64,000 bases of DNA from a virus: positions 122,444 to 186,443 of the IMG/VR virus record IMGVR_UViG_3300028800_000002. One strand, given 5' to 3'. The position numbers and the translations under genes were made by a program. Every line of letters starts with the position of its first letter. The stretch's first letter is position 1. The notes under the pieces are model-generated. The model was not told the origin of the DNA, ran no database searches, and saw nothing but the letters and a program-made list of their open reading frames with translations. Shown here in pieces: positions 9,173 to 18,502 of the stretch.

Positions 9173-10069
9173 TTACCTTCTGTTCCATTCTTTTCTGGCG
9201 AATCCCAGCGAGTCAATAATGTATTCGTAGAGGAGTGGGCGTAGTCTGGACTTGATCCATTCGGCGCGGATGGTTACCATCGGCTTTCCATGCTTGAATG
9301 CGTTTTCCATTCTTCGGGAGATTTGATTGGCTGTGCGCGCGGGTTTGAAGGCATCGTGCCCTTCCGCCAGCAGTATCTCTATAATTTCTCCGAAGTCTAA
9401 TCCCCCATAGGATTCCTGCTCTACTCCTGAGTGGGTGATCGCGGCAAAGGCGAGTTCACCGAAGTGAAATTTGTCGACGATGCATTTGGCTAGTACACGG
9501 CTGTGGAACATCGTATCGGAGTTTCTCAGGCTAAACATGGAGTCTGTAATGATGTCGTTGCTGAACAACAACCTTTTTAGCAGCCTCGCTATGTAGTCGT
9601 CGATGTACCCGGGCATTTCCTCCACTGCGGCCTGTGCCTGATGCGTATACCAGATGGATGAAAATCCTTCGTAGTTCAACACCAGTGGTAAGTTGTACGG
9701 GTAGGTCCCGTGCGGTGTCTTGACGAAGCTGATGTGCTGTGGCTTTTGCAGTTGAGATATGTGCTTGGAATAGATACTGTGACCAGCTGGCAGGTATTGA
9801 TTCAGTCGTATATGCGTGGTGCGGCTGTACCACCCATGGTCATGGATCTCGAAAGTACTGGGGTGAAATACCAGGATGGGGTTGCCGAATAGCCTGAGTT
9901 CATAGTTTGGGGCGGCGTCGCTTGTAAGATGGGGGTCAATGTAGCTCAGCGTGGTGCTGTTCTCTAGGTTCTTCTTGATGGGGCTGGCTTTTGCTTTTAC
10001 TACCCCACGGCTCCCCTCCACTGCCGCCCGGTGCTGGCCCATGATGTACTTGGCTTGCTCGTAGTCCAT
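9173..10069 (-). CDS. Hypothetical protein
   Basis: 298-aa ORF with SD GAAGGA. Confidence 0.65.
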   Translation of the reverse strand: MDYEQAKYIMGQHRAAVEGSRGVVKAKASPIKKNLENSTTLSYIDPHLTSDAAPNYELRLFGNPILVFHPSTFEIHDHGWYSRTTHIRLNQYLPAGHSIYSKHISQLQKPQHISFVKTPHGTYPYNLPLVLNYEGFSSIWYTHQAQAAVEEMPGYIDDYIARLLKRLLFSNDIITDSMFSLRNSDTMFHSRVLAKCIVDKFHFGELAFAAITHSGVEQESYGGLDFGEIIEILLAEGHDAFKPARTANQISRRMENAFKHGKPMVTIRAEWIKSRLRPLLYEYIIDSLGFARKEWNRR

Positions 10070-10185
10070 AGTTCCTTCAAGTTATTATTCCGCCAACCAT
10101 GGCTGGTTTGTTGTAGTTGCTACAATTGTATTTGACTACTGGGCCATTCGTGCTTTTATTGATTGGACTGGAGTCAAGGATTCGC

Positions 10186-10674
10186 ATGAACCATTTCGTA
10201 TATTCAATGAACGGCAAGGCAGAGGCCCCCGCTGCGGGTGGCGACATGAGGAGTTGGTTCTTCTTCTATAAGTGGGATACCGGAGAGGGTGCATTCGTAC
10301 CGGTGCCAGAAGCAGTGCAAAGTGCCAGGCCAGTGGCCAAAGACCTGCTCTGGTTTGTCCTTGATGGAGTCCCTTTGGGGTACGCCCCGGTCACGTCTGT
10401 CTTGGACGTAGACAATGGCGGGTACGAAGTCCACTACGATACGCAGCAGATAATTGGCCGTGATCAAGGGATCCCGTCGTTTGACTTGGCAGCGGGCACC
10501 GGTTTGGCTGATGGAGCTACTAGCTCGACTTTGGACCGTTTGAAGCATCTATTCGATGCGACTTGCCCGGCCAGGCCGAGCAGTGCTTTGCCTCCTATGC
10601 CGGATGGAGTGCACCCTGGTAAACCCCCACCGGCGCCACTACCTCCCGCTTCTCCCGTGTCTCCGCGGTCCTAA
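10186..10674 (+). CDS. Hypothetical protein, Pro-rich C-terminus
   Basis: ORF track; start moved to MNHF (SD AAGGA). Confidence 0.55.
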   Translation: MNHFVYSMNGKAEAPAAGGDMRSWFFFYKWDTGEGAFVPVPEAVQSARPVAKDLLWFVLDGVPLGYAPVTSVLDVDNGGYEVHYDTQQIIGRDQGIPSFDLAAGTGLADGATSSTLDRLKHLFDATCPARPSSALPPMPDGVHPGKPPPAPLPPASPVSPRS

Positions 10675-10763
10675 ACAAACACAGTTTCACGTTTCGATGC
10701 CCAATGGATCGTTGGGTATCCAGTCCCTTTTACCCAGCAAACAGTACAGGCAGGAACTACATC

Positions 10764-11810
10764 ATGAGCAGTTATCAGAAGTTTACCCTCAAGACCATTC
10801 AGACCAACCTCAAAAGCGGCAAATACGCAGATGCCACCGGGGCTAACCGAGCAATTGGTAAGACGCAGGAACTCTCAGCGGCGGACAAAGAGAAAGCCAA
10901 AGCTCTGGTTGCCAAGCACTTTGGCATTACGGCAAAGCCCAAGGCCTCTAAGGTTGCGAAGAAAGCCGTGGCAAAGCCAGTGAAGGCAGTCAAAACCGCG
11001 AAGGTAGCGAAAGCTGCAAAGAAGCCGGCGAAGAAAGTTGCCAAGAAATCCCCGGCTAAGCCTGCAGAGAAGCCAGTGGCCAAGAAGACTGCCAAGAAAG
11101 CCTCGAAGAAAGTCACCAAGGCAGCCCCTGTGGCACGCATCGTCACTCCGGCGGCAAAAGGACGCGGCAAGAAACCGGTTGTGGTGAAGGCTGCAGCGCC
11201 TAAGCGTGCTGCTCGAACTAAGGCTGTTCAAGAACCAGAAGCTGCGCCGGTCTCTGCGTTGACTCGCGATGTGGGAACAATCCCCACTGCCTTGAAGAAG
11301 GTCCAGCGGCTGGCTGCCACGCACGGCGCTGGGGACAATGAGTTGATCCTCAACATTGGCAAGATCATCGAGACAATCAACATGGCGCTCAAGGCCATGG
11401 ATGTCGCGAAGAGCTTGTACCCAAAAGGGTCCTATGATGCGGGAGTCAATGCTGCGCAGAGCGCAATGACCAAGGCAGTGCAGGCGTTGGATACCAAAAT
11501 CCTGAGTAAATTTGACAAGGGAGGTCCTGCCACTGTTTCCGCATCAAAGAAGCCCTCTGCCGTGGCAAGTGCCCCTGCTGCAAAGACGTCTCCCAAGAAG
11601 GTACAAAAGCCTAAAGAACCAGGCGCTGTAGTTGCAGAGAGCGCCGAGCTGGAAGATCAGTTGGAAGAAGAACTTCAGATTGATCAGGACTTGCTTGATA
11701 GGGATGATCTGGATGACGACGAGCGGTACAACATTATGTTGGCCAGAAAGCATCGCCCGGCGGTAGATGCCATGATGGCCTCTCGCGGCAACGGCACTCA
11801 CGAGGCCTAA
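10764..11810 (+). CDS. Histone H1-like Lys/Ala/Pro-rich putative DNA-binding protein
   Basis: KVAKKAVAKPVKAVKTAKVAKAAKKPAKKVAKKSPAKPAEKPVAKKTAKKASKK tract; acidic C-terminus. Confidence 0.7.
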   Translation: MSSYQKFTLKTIQTNLKSGKYADATGANRAIGKTQELSAADKEKAKALVAKHFGITAKPKASKVAKKAVAKPVKAVKTAKVAKAAKKPAKKVAKKSPAKPAEKPVAKKTAKKASKKVTKAAPVARIVTPAAKGRGKKPVVVKAAAPKRAARTKAVQEPEAAPVSALTRDVGTIPTALKKVQRLAATHGAGDNELILNIGKIIETINMALKAMDVAKSLYPKGSYDAGVNAAQSAMTKAVQALDTKILSKFDKGGPATVSASKKPSAVASAPAAKTSPKKVQKPKEPGAVVAESAELEDQLEEELQIDQDLLDRDDLDDDERYNIMLARKHRPAVDAMMASRGNGTHEA

Positions 11811-12235
11811 TTAGCCTTCCATCGGATACCGATAGACTCGGTATTGTCCTTGCAGCTTGGTAGACCAAGGATGCTGATGTCCCCATGCGGTTTGATGGGG
11901 AACCTCCAGGTCCTGGTCCCCTGCTCGCTCTCAAAGATCATGCGAACGCTGTCCTCGAGCTGCTCTGTAAGTAGCAGCCCGTAGGCATCGCACGCCTTGG
12001 CGGCCTCTACAATCTTGGCCTTGCGCAGTGCCTTGTCCTCTGGGAGTTCCACCGTGACAAGGGATGCAGTAGCTCCAGATGTGGTCACCACGTCATGTAG
12101 TGGCCACAAGAGCAGGGTAGGCTCTATGCGTCTATTCTCCTTCCAGTTGGCGAATACCGCCGGGATAACTCCGGAGGCTTTGAGTAGCAGTACGTCGTGT
12201 AGGCTGAGCGTATTGGAGGTATAGTCCATAGGCAT
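11807..12235 (-). CDS. Hypothetical protein
   Basis: 142-aa ORF, convergent with H1-like gene. Confidence 0.6.
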   Translation of the reverse strand: MPMDYTSNTLSLHDVLLLKASGVIPAVFANWKENRRIEPTLLLWPLHDVVTTSGATASLVTVELPEDKALRKAKIVEAAKACDAYGLLLTEQLEDSVRMIFESEQGTRTWRFPIKPHGDISILGLPSCKDNTESIGIRWKAN

Positions 12236-12520
12236 ATGTCAACTATGAAGCGCGAGGCGCACCTTCTGCAACTACTTCGTGCTGAGTTTTCAGAGCACAC
12301 GCCCTGGCTTAGTCAGATGACTGGGGCAGTCGTGACAGTACAGCCAACAGGCAACGGCAATGACTTTACGCTCGTTGCTGTTTGGCAAGGTGGGCGGTAC
12401 GGTAAATTTTACAACATGGATTCGGTGAGGACACTAGGCGGACGCGGAGGCTGTGCCGCCCGTATGGCTGGGAAGTACATCGCTGAAGTACTTGAGGAAA
12501 AAAGAAAGAGTACCACATGA
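12236..12520 (+). CDS. Hypothetical protein
   Basis: 94 aa, ATGA-coupled to dNMP kinase. Confidence 0.55.
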   Translation: MSTMKREAHLLQLLRAEFSEHTPWLSQMTGAVVTVQPTGNGNDFTLVAVWQGGRYGKFYNMDSVRTLGGRGGCAARMAGKYIAEVLEEKRKSTT

Positions 12521-13329
12521 TTATCGGTATCACTGGTTGTTGTGAAGACCCCAACGGTCATCGACGAATTGCTGGGGCAGGTAAGGATAAGGTTGCCAAG
12601 CGCCTGCAGGTAAAGCACAAGTTCACATCCATAGCGTGGGCGGATCCATTGAAGCGGTTCTGCCAGGAAGTATTCGGGTTCTCTGATGAGCAGCTATGGG
12701 GAGGCAGCGAACTGCGCGCATTGCCCGATCAACGGTACCCACGCCCCGCGGATAGACCCCTCGATGGCTCTGCCAATGTGACGGTCCATGACCTTGAATA
12801 CTTGACGCCGCGCTATGCGTTGCAGACGTTGGGTACTGGCTGGGGGCGTAGTTGTTACGAACGGGTTTGGGTGGACTACGGTGTTCGTCAAGCAAAGCGA
12901 CTGCTGGAAGACAAAGAGTATCGGTACATGCCGCAGCGCGGAGTATTCAAGCCAACTTTGCTAAATTACGGGACCATTGTGGGCCTTCCATCAAACCCGA
13001 CAACGGGCGTTGTATTCAGCGATCTCAGATACTTCAATGAATACTATGGGGTACGCGATCAGGGTGGCAAAGTCGTACGCGTCAAGCGCTATGTTGAGGT
13101 ACCATTTGACACAGAAGGGATGGATCACAGCCATTCAAGTGAGCGTGAGCTACTGACTTGGGATGATACCAAGTTCGATTACGTTTTAGACAACAACGGT
13201 ACACTCCACATGTTGGAGATGCTGGTGGATACCATGCTTGATGTGTTCAAAGGAAAGATCACACCGTTCGACGAGGACCAGGTGGACACCCCACCGTTCC
13301 TACGCGGTGGTAACATCCAAGGAAGGTAA
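12517..13329 (+). CDS. Deoxynucleoside monophosphate kinase (T4 gp1-like)
   Basis: IIGITG...GAGKDKVA P-loop, AWADPLK, PRYALQTLGTGWGR, VVFSDLRYFNE, HSSE. Confidence 0.88.
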   Translation: MIIGITGCCEDPNGHRRIAGAGKDKVAKRLQVKHKFTSIAWADPLKRFCQEVFGFSDEQLWGGSELRALPDQRYPRPADRPLDGSANVTVHDLEYLTPRYALQTLGTGWGRSCYERVWVDYGVRQAKRLLEDKEYRYMPQRGVFKPTLLNYGTIVGLPSNPTTGVVFSDLRYFNEYYGVRDQGGKVVRVKRYVEVPFDTEGMDHSHSSERELLTWDDTKFDYVLDNNGTLHMLEMLVDTMLDVFKGKITPFDEDQVDTPPFLRGGNIQGR

Positions 13330-13332
13330 TAC

Positions 13333-13728
13333 ATGCCATTCCCGATTAGCCTTGATCAAGACGAATACGAAACATTGGTGGAGCTAGCTCGCAGGAGCAC
13401 GTTTGACGCACAAGGGCAAGTAATCCCAGAGAAGGCAAGGGACTTAGAGTCTTGGCTTGTAGGCATTGAGCTATCCAGCGGTATTCAGCGTCATTTGCTT
13501 TGGGTGCAGTGGCAAGAGCTGGGTGCCGCTCTTCCTGTTGGGACTTCATTCCCAGAGAAGTGGCCACCGTCACAGCGGTCACGCATTGCGCTCACGTCTC
13601 GCCCCATAACACGCAGTGACGTGGACAAGTTGCTCGCTTCAAAGGCAAAGAACCCAACATCGATCATGGTCACTAGAGATCCTGGAGCGATAGTTGGCTG
13701 GACTGAACTAGATGTCTTCTTCAAATAG
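13333..13728 (+). CDS. Hypothetical protein
   Basis: 131-aa ORF in tightly packed operon. Confidence 0.6.
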   Translation: MPFPISLDQDEYETLVELARRSTFDAQGQVIPEKARDLESWLVGIELSSGIQRHLLWVQWQELGAALPVGTSFPEKWPPSQRSRIALTSRPITRSDVDKLLASKAKNPTSIMVTRDPGAIVGWTELDVFFK

Positions 13729-14041
13729 CGTTGTAGATAGACTCAGGGAATTGACGGAGGCAAACGCGCTGCAGGCGAAAGACATAGAACTAGATCGTCT
13801 TCGCACAAACTACGGACTACTGAAGGCACACCAGGATCATGTGCTCAAAGAGTTAGAGGGTTTGCGTGCGCTTGTCACTAGGTATGAGGGAGAGCTTCGC
13901 ACGGTCTTGGGATTCATTATGGATAGCAGTGCTGAACTGACCGCTCCTGTAGCTGATGTTTTAGCGCTACACGAGGAATTGCGCATTGCGTCCAACGCTG
14001 ACTATGACGAGTATGGAGTTTCGTGGAAATTCAAAATGTAG
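13712..14041 (+). CDS. Hypothetical coiled-coil protein
   Basis: Leucine heptads. Confidence 0.55.
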   Translation: MSSSNSVVDRLRELTEANALQAKDIELDRLRTNYGLLKAHQDHVLKELEGLRALVTRYEGELRTVLGFIMDSSAELTAPVADVLALHEELRIASNADYDEYGVSWKFKM

Positions 14042-14051
14042 GGGGTAATCG

Positions 14052-14357
14052 ATGAGTTTGGTTGATGTTGCCGTAGAGAACAGTGAGGGAAGCTTCTATC
14101 AATTTCTCTACGTGGAAGAGCGTATTTTACGGGCAGCGGTGGACAAGGCATTGGTTGACGGTGTTGCTTTGTCGTTAGTCAGTTCTGATAACAGCGCCGC
14201 GCTCGTCATTCCATGGCGGTCGGTGCAGCGCGTGCTGCACATCGACGTAAGTTGCGAGTCAAAGCAAACGACGGAATGGACCGTGGTCTGGGAGCGTGCC
14301 GCGCAAACCCAACCCAAGAAGAAGGCACGCAAAACGAAGAAGGTGGAGCATGAATGA
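14052..14357 (+). CDS. Hypothetical protein
   Basis: 101 aa, SD-like GGGGG upstream. Confidence 0.55.
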   Translation: MSLVDVAVENSEGSFYQFLYVEERILRAAVDKALVDGVALSLVSSDNSAALVIPWRSVQRVLHIDVSCESKQTTEWTVVWERAAQTQPKKKARKTKKVEHE

Positions 14358-14757
14358 CGAGGTACCCCACATCTCCATGGAATGCATGAACTGTAGGCAG
14401 ACGGTACGCCCAGAAGATGCGAAGTTATTCGCTGAGGTGTTCGTTTGTCCCACTTGTCACGCGCAAGCAGTTCATTTCTGGGAAAAACTAGAACGAGAGC
14501 TGCGTTACCTGCTCGTAGTTGCGAAGGAGTCTATTCGCTTATCGCTGCTTGAAGGCAAATTCTTTTTCCCAGAGGACAAGGGATCTGAGGTATCTAAGCG
14601 GGAAGTACTGCAGGAGATACTTCGAATGCAGCAAGCTAGAGAAGAGGCAGCATGCAAAACCCCAACGACGATTTCTTTGGAGAGTTCACCGCCAGTTGCA
14701 AGCACCCCGGATGCACTGGTAAAACAAAGTTCGAACACGCCGTCACGGCAGGATTGA
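14350..14757 (+). CDS. Hypothetical zinc-finger protein
   Basis: CMNC...CPTC; start moved to MNDEVP (SD GGAG). Confidence 0.6.
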   Translation: MNDEVPHISMECMNCRQTVRPEDAKLFAEVFVCPTCHAQAVHFWEKLERELRYLLVVAKESIRLSLLEGKFFFPEDKGSEVSKREVLQEILRMQQAREEAACKTPTTISLESSPPVASTPDALVKQSSNTPSRQD

Positions 14758-14906
14758 AGCCGGGTGACTTGATTCCCATTGATGGGACGAGGCCGGAGTT
14801 TGGTAGGTGCCCAAAATGCAAACGGTACACGATGGTAGTGCAGACAGTTCCGCAGCCAGCCCCGCCCCCGGGGCCCAAGGGATTCGCGAAGTTACCAGAG
14901 ACATAG
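14652..14906 (+). CDS. Small zinc-ribbon protein
   Basis: CKHPGC...CPKC; overlaps both neighbours. Confidence 0.5.
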   Translation: MQNPNDDFFGEFTASCKHPGCTGKTKFEHAVTAGLKPGDLIPIDGTRPEFGRCPKCKRYTMVVQTVPQPAPPPGPKGFAKLPET

Positions 14907-15289
14907 ATTGGTTCCGTCTAGACTGGGGCGTGCCTGTGGGTACGCTCCCGTCTTTGCGGGTAACGCATCGAGAGTACGCTTGTGAAGGAGCAAGCTTCAC
15001 GTGGTTGTTTATTGAAGTGCCCAAGCTGTACTTAGGGCATAAAGCAGCACTGCTGCTACTTCAAGGGCAGTCTCTTTCAAGGATTTTGATACCCAACCAT
15101 GAGTTCAGGGCACAGGGGGTAGAAGCACGGGCCTCCATTGGGCATGTGCTTCTTCGCGTGGACCCTTGGGAGTATTGGCGAAGTCGTCCCTTCTTGACCG
15201 GTCTTCAATTGGCGCACCTACATGAAGTTCCTGCCCAATTGAAGCCGGAAGAAGTGTTGAGCATCCTGGTGACAGAAACGTCTGCTTGA
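14807..15289 (+). CDS. Hypothetical protein (start uncertain)
   Basis: ORF track; C-terminal 130 aa look globular. Confidence 0.5.
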   Translation: MPKMQTVHDGSADSSAASPAPGAQGIREVTRDIDWFRLDWGVPVGTLPSLRVTHREYACEGASFTWLFIEVPKLYLGHKAALLLLQGQSLSRILIPNHEFRAQGVEARASIGHVLLRVDPWEYWRSRPFLTGLQLAHLHEVPAQLKPEEVLSILVTETSA

Positions 15290-15348
15290 CCTCGCCCTTT
15301 TTTCTAGCTACCTATTAGGCGTACGATGTACGCCAGGAGTGATGTTGC

Positions 15349-16668
15349 ATGAAGAGATCTCCAGAAAATGCCGTAGACCCGGGTGGTCCTGGTGTCCCTG
15401 GCGGAGTGGTTCGCAGGGATAAGGCCAACCCCACACAGCTGGGTAATGATCCTAGAAATCCCAAGCCTTTCGTCGATCCGGCTGTAACCAACCCGGCAGC
15501 GCTTAGTTACGCGATTGGCGCAGAGGGCAGACGTCGAAACAATCCTCTTCCGAAGTACACAGATCCCGTCGCGGGCGGTCCAGACCTTCCAATTCCATTG
15601 CTCTCAGGGGAAGCTTCCGGAGGAACGATGGTGGAACAGGCGCGACAGCAGCGTGGAATGCCAGCGCCCGGAGGAATTCCTGCACTAAACGCAGTGCTTT
15701 CCTCGATGGCCGGGGAACCGGCAGTACGCGGGGGTGGAATCGTAGAAGGCACGGAACACCAGCAGGCTCCCGCCCCAGTTAGGGCCAAGACGGCGGCTCC
15801 GAACATACCGTCCACGATTCTCAGAGATGACATGCTGCCTGACCAGGCCACAAAGGACCCCAATTTCAGGCAGGGTCCCGGCAGTATGTACGCGGTGAAT
15901 CAACATGAGCTGGCGCTTCGTTACGGCGTCATGCGCAACGGAAAATTTGTTCCACCGCAGCAGCTTAGATCTGATTCAAGCAAGGTTACGGGGAAGTTGA
16001 GCCCCGAGTCTGTTGAGGGATTGCAGGCAATTGCCGAATTGCAGAAGGCAGGGGACAAGGTCTCCTCGCAGCAGGAAGAATCTGCGGCAATGGCGGGACC
16101 AGCTGGAGGTGCCGGAAAGACTGAGCGTCCGTTGACGGAGGCGGACAAGAAACAACTGCTTGACGACATGGACGAGTTCGAGTTGAGCCGTTTGAAGAAT
16201 GCGCTCTTCAAGGACATGCTCAACAACGATGAGCAGCGGCAGGTCATTGAGTCGCGCCTCAAGCCGTTGGACTTGGACAATCTGATCATCACCGGGCAGG
16301 TTTCTCAGAATGTTCCGATTCACCCAGGGAAGTTCGAAGCAGAGTTCCAATCTTATGCGGCGGAAGAAGACCTTCGCTGCAAGCGCATGATTGGAGAAGA
16401 GGCAGCCACGCTGAAGCCCAGTGATCGTTACTTGATGGATAAGTACCACTTGATGGGACTCACCATCGCGATACGCGCTATCAATAGAATGCCTCTCCCT
16501 GATTACCGCGATGAGAAAGGTGACTTCGACGAGGATAAGTTCTGGGCCAAGTATGCCGTTGTCGCAAGGTTGAACTACCACATGATGGCCAGCTTGATGG
16601 TCAACTGGTTCTGGTTCGACATGCGGGTCCGAAAGCTCTTCCGAGCGGAGACACTGGGAAATGGCTAG
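15349..16668 (+). CDS. Probable tail assembly chaperone (gpG-like) with long Pro-rich N-terminus
   Basis: SD AGGAG; ends ...RKLFRAETLGNG* on slippery heptamer G GGA AAT with an open -1 frame. Confidence 0.65.
   Translation: MKRSPENAVDPGGPGVPGGVVRRDKANPTQLGNDPRNPKPFVDPAVTNPAALSYAIGAEGRRRNNPLPKYTDPVAGGPDLPIPLLSGEASGGTMVEQARQQRGMPAPGGIPALNAVLSSMAGEPAVRGGGIVEGTEHQQAPAPVRAKTAAPNIPSTILRDDMLPDQATKDPNFRQGPGSMYAVNQHELALRYGVMRNGKFVPPQQLRSDSSKVTGKLSPESVEGLQAIAELQKAGDKVSSQQEESAAMAGPAGGAGKTERPLTEADKKQLLDDMDEFELSRLKNALFKDMLNNDEQRQVIESRLKPLDLDNLIITGQVSQNVPIHPGKFEAEFQSYAAEEDLRCKRMIGEEAATLKPSDRYLMDKYHLMGLTIAIRAINRMPLPDYRDEKGDFDEDKFWAKYAVVARLNYHMMASLMVNWFWFDMRVRKLFRAETLGNG
16656..16662 (+). other. Programmed -1 ribosomal frameshift site G GGA AAT
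   Basis: X XXY YYZ heptamer in frame with 15349 ORF, one codon before TAG; -1 frame reads GKWLETPEGWAQANLL... into ORF ending 17087. Confidence 0.75.
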
Positions 16669-17087
16669 AGACTCCCGAGGGCTGGGCACAAGCGAACCTA
16701 TTGCTTGTGACTCTGAGAAGGCCGCCTCCTCGGGGGTCTCTTCAATCTCACGTACTGCAGGCTCTTCTCATACGCAAAGATCAGATCGAGTACATGCGCA
16801 CACGCGCCCTTGTACAAGCATTGGTGAGCAAAGATGATGCACAGAAGGCTCTCGACGACTATCGGGATGCGCAGATGCCTTATCTGCCCGGTGTCCAGAA
16901 GAACGAGCGACAGAACCATATCAAGAATCTCATGTCGGAAGTTGCTCGAGGCGCCATCGGCATTACCCCGATCATGCCGAAGCAGGTTCGTAGCCGCCTG
17001 AGGACGAAGATCGTGCAACGAGCAACTCAGGAAGAGCAACTGGCTCAGTCCCGCAGAATATCGAAGAAAATCGGAGGAATCCTATGA
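16656..17087 (+). CDS. Frameshift extension of tail assembly chaperone (gpGT-like)
   Basis: -1 frame open from slippery site; track ORF 16701-17087 has only a TTG start without clear SD. Confidence 0.65.
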   Translation, partial: GKWLETPEGWAQANLLLVTLRRPPPRGSLQSHVLQALLIRKDQIEYMRTRALVQALVSKDDAQKALDDYRDAQMPYLPGVQKNERQNHIKNLMSEVARGAIGITPIMPKQVRSRLRTKIVQRATQEEQLAQSRRISKKIGGIL

Positions 17088-17497
17088 CAGCTAGTAGCGT
17101 GAAGTTTTGCCCCCACTGTGGCAGTGCCTCAGTCAAGTTTTCCAGCTTGGCCGGTGGTGAAGCTTCTTGCTCGAACGGGGTTTGCTCATGGAGGGGCAAG
17201 GTTGAAGACCTATTGGCTGTCCCCTTCGATCATGCTTTCCTCAGTGATGAAGGAATGCTTTTACAGTTGATGAATGACCTGCGGCAAGCGCTATCGGGTC
17301 CTTTGGGTTTGCCTTACCTGCGGTTATTGACTAAGTGGGGTTTTGTCAATATCGACAAGACCACAGGGGCTGACGTCAAACTGTTTGCTCGCTACTTGTC
17401 TGTTGTTGCAAAGGCAATCCTTACAGCCATCCTGGAGGAACGAGCGAAGGTAGCTGCAGAAATTCAAGTGCATGAGGTAGGCAACGATGTCCAATGA
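17084..17497 (+). CDS. Hypothetical zinc-binding protein
   Basis: CPHC...CSNGVC; ATGA coupling. Confidence 0.6.
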   Translation: MTASSVKFCPHCGSASVKFSSLAGGEASCSNGVCSWRGKVEDLLAVPFDHAFLSDEGMLLQLMNDLRQALSGPLGLPYLRLLTKWGFVNIDKTTGADVKLFARYLSVVAKAILTAILEERAKVAAEIQVHEVGNDVQ

Positions 17498-17759
17498 GAG
17501 TTTAGAGCAAGCAGCCATGGGCGATGGGGAGCTGCGTTTAGATTGCGCCTTCGACCAGACGCGGCAGTGCGGCCCTTCCTGCATGGCCTATTTAGCGCAA
17601 GCCCCAACAGGTGACATGTACAAGGGTGAGGCATGGGCACATTGTCTGCTCTTGGTAAACACTGAGAAGCTGGCGAGGCACGTGGTTATCGCCGTCAGCA
17701 TGCTCACACGGAACAAGGCCGAAGCAACACGGGCGCAGGGCGCCCCTAAGGTGACATGA
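17487..17759 (+). CDS. Hypothetical protein
   Basis: 90 aa, Cys-containing, SD GAGG. Confidence 0.55.
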   Translation: MSNESLEQAAMGDGELRLDCAFDQTRQCGPSCMAYLAQAPTGDMYKGEAWAHCLLLVNTEKLARHVVIAVSMLTRNKAEATRAQGAPKVT

Positions 17760-18502
17760 TGCAAGCACAGATCGTAGGTATTCGTCAGGAGCTATCGTTT
17801 GAGGACGGGGAAACTGCCAGCTACATAGTGCTGCGGTTACCCAACGGGTCCGAGATTCAAACTCTCGTCACTGACGACACTGTTCGTCTCCTAACAGATC
17901 AGTTTGTAAAAACGGGAGGCGCCGCGGCAAATAAGGCAGTGGCTGATGCCATGGAGCAGCCCAGTAGATCCCCGGTAACTACTGCCCCAGCACGCACTCA
18001 GCCCAATGCGAGCCAAGTGCACCCAGCGCTTGCCCACAACATGGAAATTACGCAGGCAGGTGTGGAGCGCAACGGTAATCACACGCCGCTCCGGCTCGCT
18101 GATGATGCCGACTCCGATTACGTTTTTGGCGGTAGCGATGATTCAGCGGAAGACGATGAAGAGGACGTAGCTGGGATACAGCAGCAGTTCCGTGATGCAT
18201 CGGATAGGATAATCGGTGCAGTTGAAAGTACAGACTCCTTGTCCGCTGCCACCCAGTTATTGGAGAATGCCGACGGTTCACCGCTTCCTGTGCCGAGTTG
18301 GGCAGTTGACGAGGCAAAGCCCACCCGGCAAGAAAATAAAAGGTCATTGCGCACTAGTCATGTATCCACTGTGGCGGTGGCCTCTGCGGTGCATGTAGAG
18401 GCTGACATACGAGGTAACCCAGTGCTGAGAGGAGCTGGCATGGTGGACCCGCAGGATTTGACAGGCCCTAGCGATGAAGAGGGAGAGGCTGCTCAGCTAT
18501 GA
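17756..18502 (+). CDS. Hypothetical acidic protein
   Basis: 248 aa, ATGA coupling. Confidence 0.6.
   Translation: MMQAQIVGIRQELSFEDGETASYIVLRLPNGSEIQTLVTDDTVRLLTDQFVKTGGAAANKAVADAMEQPSRSPVTTAPARTQPNASQVHPALAHNMEITQAGVERNGNHTPLRLADDADSDYVFGGSDDSAEDDEEDVAGIQQQFRDASDRIIGAVESTDSLSAATQLLENADGSPLPVPSWAVDEAKPTRQENKRSLRTSHVSTVAVASAVHVEADIRGNPVLRGAGMVDPQDLTGPSDEEGEAAQL

Noticed and set aside
10930-11220. AAG/GCC-rich quasi-repeats as a DNA repeat element
   Set aside because: Explained by the Lys/Ala-rich protein sequence.
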